Assembly (NCBI GenBank): GCA_038321985.1
Contig: JBBQFN010000016.1
Coordinates: forward strand, 57,714 to 121,713
Length of the DNA stretch: 64,000 nt
Direction of reading: 5' to 3'
Source: Cyanophyceae cyanobacterium
GTDB lineage: Bacteria > Cyanobacteriota > Cyanobacteriia > Cyanobacteriales > Laspinemataceae
Shown here: one piece after another, positions 9,231 to 16,970 of the stretch
Numbering within the stretch: the first letter of the stretch is position 1
Layout of the letters: each line of letters opens with the position of its first letter
Translations under genes and position numbers: made by a program
The notes under the pieces: generated by a model
Told to the model about the DNA's origin: nothing
What the model saw: only the letters and a program-made list of their open reading frames with translations
Databases searched by the model: none

Positions 9231-10241
9231 ATGTCAGAAGAAAAGCTGCTGTTTGTCGAAAAGCAATTGAATCGATGGAAACGTCCTGAATCACCTAAAC
9301 CGGGAACTGCTTTTGTTTTCGTAGGTGATGGGAAGCCCTCTATTGTGGTTTATGAAGGTCAACAAGGCCCAACACTAGGAGAGCTAATATGGGGTAAATA
9401 CACTGTATATTATGAAGTAGATATGGGGGAACGTTCGCTTGACTTCCATGAAAAAATACCTTGTGCTGATGCTTTTGAATTCAATGCAGAAGTGAGATTG
9501 ACCTATGCTGTAAATGATAATCCAGTTGTTCAAGCCCCTGCTTTAATTGTACGTTCTGCTAGAACCGATGCCAGCCAATTCCTCAAAAATTTAGCAATTG
9601 ATGTAATGCGGCGTACTAGCCGAAGATACCCTCATGAGGAGAGTGGAAAGGCAGAAAACTCTATTGCGGCCCAGATTGAAGAAGAGGTTCGTGATAAAGG
9701 TTTTAAACTTAGTCGTTCTGCTTTTGTCAAGCTTTCTTTAGATGAAGCTGTTCGTAGTCGTCTGGTTAACAGACAATTAGGCAATTATGATTTTCAGGAC
9801 CAAGAAACTAAGATTGCTAGGGATTTTAAGCTAGAAGAGTTCCAACAAAACGCTAAGTTTAACTTAAAAGAAAAAAAAGCACACTTTTTTGCTCCTTTAA
9901 TAAAAGAAGGTGATTGGGAAACTCTTTTAGCAATGCTCGATCCAAATGACCCTGAAGATGCAGCTATTAAAGGAATGATAGAAGCAACTTGGAATCAAGA
10001 GAAAATGCTGGCTGAAAAACAGCAAAAACTGTTTGAACTTGCTTTAGAAAAAGGTGCAATAGAAGATTATGAACTTGGAAATGCTGCTAGAAAAGCATTA
10101 GAAGGATTTACTGAAGTACCTAGAAAATCAGTAGCTTCCTTACAAAGTGGCTCAACAATTGAAGATGCAGAAAGTGTTTCAATAGATAAACAAGCAGATA
10201 AGCCTGAAGAATTAGGCCGAGATGAAAATGAAAATGAATAG
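9231..10241 (+). CDS. SPFH/Band-7-like domain protein with coiled coil and acidic tail
   Basis: SD AAGGAG; Band-7-like beta pattern YEVDMG...IPCADAFEFNAEVRLTYAVND.P..IV followed by helical MRRTSRRY and a charged coiled-coil region. Confidence 0.6.
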   Translation: MSEEKLLFVEKQLNRWKRPESPKPGTAFVFVGDGKPSIVVYEGQQGPTLGELIWGKYTVYYEVDMGERSLDFHEKIPCADAFEFNAEVRLTYAVNDNPVVQAPALIVRSARTDASQFLKNLAIDVMRRTSRRYPHEESGKAENSIAAQIEEEVRDKGFKLSRSAFVKLSLDEAVRSRLVNRQLGNYDFQDQETKIARDFKLEEFQQNAKFNLKEKKAHFFAPLIKEGDWETLLAMLDPNDPEDAAIKGMIEATWNQEKMLAEKQQKLFELALEKGAIEDYELGNAARKALEGFTEVPRKSVASLQSGSTIEDAESVSIDKQADKPEELGRDENENE

Positions 10242-10284
10242 ACTCGTGTTTGTTTACTAATCCAAAAGAGAGTTAATTAGAGCT

Positions 10285-11655
10285 ATGCGTATTTTTTTTC
10301 AAACTGTATGGGAGTTATTACTCCCCATACAGGCACCTTGGCAGCAACTGCTAGTTCTTTTCTTAGCTATGCCTTTTGTCCCCTGGTTTATACTACGGGT
10401 TCTACCTTGGCTGAGTGTTTTGTTCTTACAAATGCTTCTATTTTTGATAAAATTTGTGACTCAATTCTTATCATTTTTTGAGTATAAAGTAAGTCAGTAT
10501 ATAAGGAAAAGAAAGAAAAAAGTACCAGAGTTACTCTATCGATTAACTGATGCCCTTAGTGCGAGTATTTCCCTTACCCAATTTTTAAAAGAGAAAGGGG
10601 ATGGCTTATCTATAATTACACGTCGGATTCCTTGGGTATTTCATCAAAAAGCTTGGTATGCTTTACCTTTAATTATTTTGCCTATTTGGTTTGTACGGCC
10701 TTATATAACTAACAACGGGATTGCTACATTAGTTGATAATAGTGTTAACTGGTGGTGTGGTCTTGAACATTGGATTATGGCAGGTGAATGGACAGGTTCC
10801 AATTTAACTTGTCATTATCCTGATTCAAATCCTAAGTGGAACAGTTTTTTTAAATCCCGGGAGTATGAATTAAAAAGAAAAATTCAGCAATACACGAAAG
10901 AGATTGAGCGTCAGGTAGATAATCCAATTCTCTATTATAATCGAGGCACGGCCCAATTAAATTTAGAAGATATTAATGCGGCATTTGAAGATTATACTGC
11001 AAGTATAAATTCCGATAAAAATTATGCCTCTGCTTATGTTGGTCGCGGTGATATTTATTTAATTAAAGGAGATGAAAAAGCTGCTTTTAGCGAATATTTT
11101 AAAGCAGTCACTGCTAATCCAAAATATCCTGCTGCTTATGTTGGTCGTGGTCATGTTTATTTGGCTATGAAAGATAATGCTTCTGCATTTAAGGAGTATT
11201 CTACTGCGGTTAAGCTAGATTCTAATTATGCCCCTGGATATGTTGGCCGTGGGGAAGTATATCAGATAATAGGAGACAAAAATGCTGCCTTAAGAGAATA
11301 TAAAAAAGCTTTGCAAATCAATTCTGATTATGTGACTGCTTACGCAAAAATAGCAAACCTTTATTATGCTAATTTTGATAATCGTGAAGCGGCTATCAAT
11401 GAATATGAAAAAGCAAAAAAAATAGCTAGAAAAACTTATAATATAACCCTTTACTATGAAATCAATCAAAACTTAATGGCTTTAAATCGTTACACAATAC
11501 ATCAAGTAAAGTCAGGAGATTATTTAAGTAAAATTGCTAGAAGTTATAATGTAAGTGCATCAGATATAATTTCATCAAATAGGGAAACTTATCCAACATT
11601 AGTCACTAATCCAAACCGTATTGAAGTGGGTTGGAAGTTAAAAATTCCTCAATAG
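10285..11655 (+). CDS. Membrane protein with ~5 TPR repeats and a C-terminal LysM domain
   Basis: Hydrophobic N-terminal segments; repeats YYNRG/YVGRG..Y...GD..AA..EY..A...P.Y; LysM HQVKSGDYLSKIARSYNVS...NPNRIEVGWKLKIP. Confidence 0.88.
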   Translation: MRIFFQTVWELLLPIQAPWQQLLVLFLAMPFVPWFILRVLPWLSVLFLQMLLFLIKFVTQFLSFFEYKVSQYIRKRKKKVPELLYRLTDALSASISLTQFLKEKGDGLSIITRRIPWVFHQKAWYALPLIILPIWFVRPYITNNGIATLVDNSVNWWCGLEHWIMAGEWTGSNLTCHYPDSNPKWNSFFKSREYELKRKIQQYTKEIERQVDNPILYYNRGTAQLNLEDINAAFEDYTASINSDKNYASAYVGRGDIYLIKGDEKAAFSEYFKAVTANPKYPAAYVGRGHVYLAMKDNASAFKEYSTAVKLDSNYAPGYVGRGEVYQIIGDKNAALREYKKALQINSDYVTAYAKIANLYYANFDNREAAINEYEKAKKIARKTYNITLYYEINQNLMALNRYTIHQVKSGDYLSKIARSYNVSASDIISSNRETYPTLVTNPNRIEVGWKLKIPQ

Positions 11656-11672
11656 TTGCCGCTCGCAGCACC

Positions 11673-12041
11673 ATGCCAAAACTTCCCCACTGTCAAATCT
11701 GCGGCTATTACGCTCACCTCTATGCCTTCGTGGAGTGTTTTGCAGCCTGATAGCATCGAGGGCGAGATTTGCCAACATATAACCCAGATGTAACGCTGTA
11801 AGACAAGCTGTTCTGAGATATCCTGGACTTGGACGAATTGGACATTGATATTGCGATCAACAATCCCTATCAGGACCAACCCGAGCAAAACGGGTCCCTG
11901 ATGGCGGGCAGTTCGGGCGAGTTGCGGTGGGGTGGAATGCGACCCCTTTCAACTGGGACTACTTCCTGCGTCATTCGACGTAATCCTCACCTAGAGGCTG
12001 TTACCAGGTTGGAATTGGACTGTGCCCCTGACAGAGACTAA
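11673..12041 (+). pseudogene. Probable degraded Cys-rich cyanobacterial hypothetical gene
   Basis: Starts MPKLPHCQICGYYAH and stops at 11750; other frames continue QPDSIEGEIC, PLSTG and LELDC, resembling from memory a MPKIPxCxxC...HPLFTG...WDC family. Confidence 0.35.
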
Positions 12042-12282
12042 AAACTGAAAAGGGTTGCAGGTTGTCTGTGGCGCTTGCAACTCTCACAATCGTAATCACC
12101 GTGGCGTGGTATACAACTCTCAAAAGGTCCCCCGACTCATTGAGTGGAATTGTTCCGGTGCTTTCGTGCGATCGGTCAATCCGCCACCGAACCGATCGCC
12201 TACTAAAGAGCAACCCGTTTGGCTATGACATCCCTTGCCTCTAAACGTACATCTATGAAAAAGATAGCTCCTTTCTTCGAGG

Positions 12283-12328
12283 CGATCGCTCAACTCCCAA
12301 CGAACCGATCGCTCAACTTCCAACGAAC
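12283..12328. repeat. Tandem 23-bp direct repeat, 2 copies
   Basis: CGATCGCTCAACT(C/T)CCAACGAAC twice in tandem. Confidence 0.7.
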
Positions 12329-12354
12329 CCGATAACCTTGTCCCTGTTGCATCG

Positions 12355-13092
12355 TCAAAAAGTCCGGTTCTCCACAAAAGTTTTTAACTTAGAAGCATTC
12401 CTCACGGCATTTCCGCCGCCGTCGTTGTTGAAGTAGACGAAGGCGCTGTGCCCCTGACTTTCCCACTCCCTAAGACGTGAAGCCCACCAGGACAAATCCT
12501 CGTCTGAGTAGGATCCTCCGTAGAGAGAGTGGGGATCGGGGCCGTGAAGCCGTACATAGACGAAAGGCGCTGTGGCGCGCAGGATGCAAGGCAGATGTGC
12601 CCCGCTCATCACGCAGTAAGCGACTCCAAAGCGTTCCAGGAGCGAAAATACCTCTTCTATGTGCCAGCTTGGATGTCGGAATTCCATTGCTACTCTGATC
12701 CAGGGGGGCAATTGTTCTAAAAAGTAGGCTAGGCGGGGCAAGTCGCAGCCAAATTTGGGAGGAAGTTGGACCAGGAAAATGCCGAGGCGATCGCCCAGGC
12801 ATTCGAGTCCCGTGGCTATCCGTGCTAACCAGTTCTCTGGGGAGTAAAGGCGCTGGGAGTGCGTTAACCCCCGGGGCGCTTTTACAGTCATCAGAAATCC
12901 TTGGGGGAGGCGGTGCTGCCAGTTAGTAAAGGTCGCATCTGGGGGCCATCGATAGTAAGTGCTGTTAACTTCGACGGTTTGATATTGCTGAATATAGTAA
13001 TCCAGTCTGGAACGCGGCGCTAACTGGTAAGGATAAAGCACACCTTCCCAATGTTGGTAACTCCAACCTGAAGTGCCGATGCAAATGGTCAT
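12355..13092 (-). CDS. DUF72 domain protein
   Basis: IGTSGWSY, VEVNSTYY, VKAPRGLTH, QLPP, EFRHPSW, YVRLHG, YFNND. Confidence 0.93.
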   Translation of the reverse strand: MTICIGTSGWSYQHWEGVLYPYQLAPRSRLDYYIQQYQTVEVNSTYYRWPPDATFTNWQHRLPQGFLMTVKAPRGLTHSQRLYSPENWLARIATGLECLGDRLGIFLVQLPPKFGCDLPRLAYFLEQLPPWIRVAMEFRHPSWHIEEVFSLLERFGVAYCVMSGAHLPCILRATAPFVYVRLHGPDPHSLYGGSYSDEDLSWWASRLREWESQGHSAFVYFNNDGGGNAVRNASKLKTFVENRTF

Positions 13093-13279
13093 TGCCTTGA
13101 CTCCAATGCAAATTATGTTTGGGTATGAATTTTAAACTTTGCTTCGATAGCCTCTAAATATAAGTCGCGAGTTTCTTAGCCATCTCTACACTTGGGGTGA
13201 AGTCTGCAATAATACTCAAGGTAGAGGTAACGATAAACTAAAGATTGCTACGGTTGGGGTAAGTTCTATCTTTGACGCT

Positions 13280-13702
13280 ATGACTTCAAACAAAAATACG
13301 CCCAATCGGCTTAAAGGAATTCTCCGGGTTGTCTTATCGGTAGCCATCATTTTAGTAGGCATTACCCACTTTACTCACCCCGATCAATATGTCAGAATTG
13401 TGCCGCCTCAATTACCTTACCCAACTGAGTTGGTCTATATTAGCGGATTTTTCGAGATTTTAGGAGGTATTGGCTTACTGATTCCATTTGTCAGCGTTGC
13501 GGCTGCCTGGGGACTGATTGCTCTGTTTGTGGCGGTTTTCCCCGCTAATATCAATCAGGCGATTAATAGTATTCCTATTGAAGGTATTCCTCATCATCCG
13601 TGGCTTTACTGGGCTAGACTGCCTTTTCAGGCTGTTTTGATTGCTTGGGCTTGGTGGTACACTCAAAAACCCGATGAACAACTGGGCGCTTTTAAAGAAT
13701 AA
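13280..13702 (+). CDS. DoxX-like membrane protein
   Basis: GITHF, LVYISGFFEILGGIGLL, AVFPANI, RLPFQ. Confidence 0.85.
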   Translation: MTSNKNTPNRLKGILRVVLSVAIILVGITHFTHPDQYVRIVPPQLPYPTELVYISGFFEILGGIGLLIPFVSVAAAWGLIALFVAVFPANINQAINSIPIEGIPHHPWLYWARLPFQAVLIAWAWWYTQKPDEQLGAFKE

Positions 13703-13801
13703 TTATAGCCTTTGGTTCGCTGGTGAACTCTACCCCTGGGCTTAGGCAAAATGATAGATAAGTTGACGGCTGTGGGTTTTTATAGAGCAACAAAGAATCC
13801 T

Positions 13802-14515
13802 TTAAACTAAGCGATGCTCGATCGCAAAACGAAGGAGTCCGGCACGGTTGCTGGTTTCTGTTTTTCTCAAGAGAGAGGTAACATATTTTTCCACGGTGCG
13901 TGGACTCAAGTGAAGGCGATCGCCGATTTGTGCGTTAGAAAGCCCCCCGGCCAATAAATCTAAAACATCCCGCTCTCGGGGAGTTAAAGTAATAGAAACC
14001 TCTGGCTCTTGTGCCGTTAACGCAGTCGCTCCAGGATTAAAACTCGGTGGGAGAGAATCAAAGGGGGATTGTGGGGTGAGATGCGGTTCCGAAGGGGGAG
14101 AGGGGGAGTCATCGGAATTAAATCGCCACTGGGACTGAATTAACTGCGATCGCTCCAATAAATTCCGAATCACTGCGCCGAGTTCCTCCAACTCAAAGGG
14201 CTTTGGTAAATACAAATCGCAGCCGAGTTGATAGCCTAAAATCCGTTCTGGGGTACTGGTGCGTGCTGTTAAAAAAATCACCGGCAGTAACCGTAGCGCG
14301 GGCTTTTGGCGGAGGCGTTTCACCAGTTCATGCCCATCCATTGCAGGCATAATGATATCGGTTACCAGTAAGTGAGGTTGGAATTCCTCCACTTTTAATA
14401 GACCCTCTTGACCATTCTGAGCGGCGATCGCAGAGTAACCGCACTGCTCCAAATAATCGCAGATAGACAGACGAATAGCTGGATCGTCATCAACAATAAG
14501 AATCGTCAAGGGCAT
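13802..14515 (-). CDS. NarL/LuxR-family response regulator (Ycf29/Rre1-like paralog)
   Basis: REC domain (VDDD, TDIIMP, YLPKPF) plus LuxR HTH LTPRERDVLDLLAGGLSNAQIGDRLHLSPRTVEKY. Confidence 0.92.
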   Translation of the reverse strand: MPLTILIVDDDPAIRLSICDYLEQCGYSAIAAQNGQEGLLKVEEFQPHLLVTDIIMPAMDGHELVKRLRQKPALRLLPVIFLTARTSTPERILGYQLGCDLYLPKPFELEELGAVIRNLLERSQLIQSQWRFNSDDSPSPPSEPHLTPQSPFDSLPPSFNPGATALTAQEPEVSITLTPRERDVLDLLAGGLSNAQIGDRLHLSPRTVEKYVTSLLRKTETSNRAGLLRFAIEHRLV

Positions 14516-14610
14516 GGGGTCTACAGTGGGAACTGAACGAGTATAGACGCTACTCAGTAGCGTCTATACCTCTAGCGTAGGTTAAATTTTAGACTCAGGG
14601 CAACTCGCCT

Positions 14611-16197
14611 CTAGCGAGCAGATACGCTTAAGCTAGCAGGTTGTGCCAGATTACCCGAGAGATTGACTTGCCGTCCATTGGTATGGAGATGACGGAGGAT
14701 TTTATAAATCATCTCAATGTGACTGGCTGCATCAGCTTTCTGGGCTAAACTCTCTAGGGATAAAGGTTTCCCTTCAGCTTCAACGACCTCTAAAATTCGG
14801 GTTTGGAGGTTAAGAATCTCGGAAGCTGCCTTTTTACCAGCTTCGACCCCGGGTTGGTGATAGGCATTGACATTCACCAACGAGGCATACAACCCAACGG
14901 CGCGATCGTACAGGGCAATCAAAGCTCCAACGGTGTGCGGATTGACCTGGGGAATCGTCACTGTGATGGAATCGCGCTGATTGTCATAAATCGCTTGACG
15001 GGTTCCATACAAAAAGCCCAACAAATAATCTCCCGTTGTGATTCCAGGCTCTACATTAGGGGAATGACCCTGGCGGTCTTCTAAGACCTCAATAAACGTT
15101 AGGAAGAAATTCGGCACCCCCTCGCGCAGTTGTTGAACGTAGGCGTGCTGATCCGTCGAACCTTTATTTCCGTAAACGGCAATTCCCTGATAAACGGTAT
15201 TCCCTGCTAAGTCTTTCTCCTTACCCAGGGATTCCATGACCAACTGTTGCAGATAGCGGCTAAACAGCAACAGGCTATCTTTATAAGGGAGCACGACCAT
15301 ATCTTTTTCCCCGCGTCCGTTGCCGGCAAAGTACCAGGAGAGGGCTAGCAGGGCGGCTGGATTGCTCTTGAGGTCCGCTTGGCGAGTCGCCTCATCCATT
15401 TCTTTGGCCCCAGCCAGCATACCACGAATATCAATGCCCTGCAAAGCAGCGGGCACTAAACCCACCCCTGAAAGTTCTGAGGTGCGACCCCCTACCCAGT
15501 CATGCATGGGGAATATGTCAATCCAGCTTTCCTGTTGGGCTTGTTTTTCTAGGGCGCTGTCATGGCCGGTAATCGCAACGGCATGGTTGGAAAAGTTGAG
15601 GTTCATGCTTTCAAAGGCTTTTTGGACCTCAATCATGCCGTTGCGGGTGTCTGGGGTGGTGCCGGATTTGGAGATGACCAAGACTAAGGTTGTCGCCAGA
15701 CGGTCTTTGATTTGATTTAACAATGCATCGATCCCTGCCGGGTCGGTATTGTCAATGAAGTGAATCCCCAGGGGTGCAGACTCGGGGGCCAGGGCTGTAG
15801 AGACAAATTGGGGTCCGAGGGCAGATCCGCCAATGCCGATGGAGAGAATATCTGTAAATTTGGAGGCGGTTGAGGGATGGATCGTCCCGTTATGAACTTT
15901 TTGGGCAAAGTCCTCGATATGGCTGAGGTTTTCGAGGATTTCTTGTTTGAGTTCTGGGGTGGGTGCAATCTCCGGGTCTCGTAACCAATAGTGGCCTACC
16001 ATCCGGCCTTCGTCAGGATTGGCGACTGCCCCGGCTTCTAGGGCCTTCATATCTTCAAAGGCTTGAGCAAACTTAGGTTTCATCGATTCGACGAAGGCAT
16101 CATCGAACCGCATTCGACTGATATCAAGGTACAGTCCTAGCCCTTCATGATAATAGAGCCAGTCCTGATATCTTTTCCATAGTGCCGCAGCATCCAT
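14611..16197 (-). CDS. pgi: Glucose-6-phosphate isomerase
   Basis: [42 protein letters not shown]. Confidence 0.97.
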   Translation of the reverse strand: MDAAALWKRYQDWLYYHEGLGLYLDISRMRFDDAFVESMKPKFAQAFEDMKALEAGAVANPDEGRMVGHYWLRDPEIAPTPELKQEILENLSHIEDFAQKVHNGTIHPSTASKFTDILSIGIGGSALGPQFVSTALAPESAPLGIHFIDNTDPAGIDALLNQIKDRLATTLVLVISKSGTTPDTRNGMIEVQKAFESMNLNFSNHAVAITGHDSALEKQAQQESWIDIFPMHDWVGGRTSELSGVGLVPAALQGIDIRGMLAGAKEMDEATRQADLKSNPAALLALSWYFAGNGRGEKDMVVLPYKDSLLLFSRYLQQLVMESLGKEKDLAGNTVYQGIAVYGNKGSTDQHAYVQQLREGVPNFFLTFIEVLEDRQGHSPNVEPGITTGDYLLGFLYGTRQAIYDNQRDSITVTIPQVNPHTVGALIALYDRAVGLYASLVNVNAYHQPGVEAGKKAASEILNLQTRILEVVEAEGKPLSLESLAQKADAASHIEMIYKILRHLHTNGRQVNLSGNLAQPASLSVSAR

Positions 16198-16345
16198 AAC
16201 AACTCTCTACTTATCTTTGTTTCACCACACACAAGTGTACCGATATCGGTTGAATGAGACTAAGGGTGCGGATACAATTAGACGGTTTCAGGGGTTAATC
16301 CGAGATGAAATGGTGGCAAATTGCTGGAAACCTCAGAATTAATAC

Positions 16346-16612
16346 TTATGGCTGGTTGGTATCTGGCCGGGGTAGAATCCGTAAAAACTTGACAAAATGA
16401 CCAATTACCTGTATAGCAATCAAATAATCATCCAGCCTAAACCGATAAAAAATGGGATGAGATCCAAGTTGGTGTAACTCCGGCAACTCTTGGATCCGTT
16501 CGATCTGCATAAATTTGAAAAAGACAAATTCGTAAACCCGCTCGAAACTAGCTCGGTCTAACTGCCGAAGATCGAGAAGGAAAGACCGACTATAGCGTGC
16601 TTCAAGAATCAC
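16346..16612 (-). CDS. RelE/ParE-superfamily toxin-like small protein (divergent)
   Basis: RYSRSFLLDLRQL...FYRFRLDDYLI pattern of the RelE fold; downstream of a small acidic ORF. Confidence 0.6.
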   Translation of the reverse strand: MILEARYSRSFLLDLRQLDRASFERVYEFVFFKFMQIERIQELPELHQLGSHPIFYRFRLDDYLIAIQVIGHFVKFLRILPRPDTNQP

Positions 16613-16672
16613 AGGACAGGTAATTTCCCCCGGAGTCTAACGGTTGAGTTGAAGATAGGTTTGAGAGGACCC

Positions 16673-16891
16673 TCACAGCGATCGCAAAAATCGTAAGGCT
16701 TCTTCGCGGGTGAAGCTATCCCCAGGTTTAAGGCTGCGGTGAGCTTGCTGAATGAAACGAAGCACATACAGATCGTAATAAAGACTTTCTACCACAGCGC
16801 CGACCTGTTGCAAATCTTCATCAGAAAGCAACTCTACTTCCTCATAGAGTTGAACCAGCAAACTTCTAACTTTTGTTTTGAGTAGCTTCAT
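16673..16891 (-). CDS. Small hypothetical protein, putative antitoxin
   Basis: ATG at 16891 with GGAGG SD; C-terminal GDSFTREEALRFL; lies upstream of the RelE-like ORF. Confidence 0.55.
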   Translation of the reverse strand: MKLLKTKVRSLLVQLYEEVELLSDEDLQQVGAVVESLYYDLYVLRFIQQAHRSLKPGDSFTREEALRFLRSL

Positions 16892-16970
16892 GAACACCTC
16901 CAAGGTTTGAATCTGGGATTTTTGTCAGTGTAGCTGACTGCGCTCAATTTCCAGCAGCCCCTACATCCAA

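Noticed and set aside
5165..12350. Prophage, ICE or IS element explaining the island
   Set aside because: No integrase, transposase, phage structural gene, terminal inverted repeats or att-like direct repeats seen
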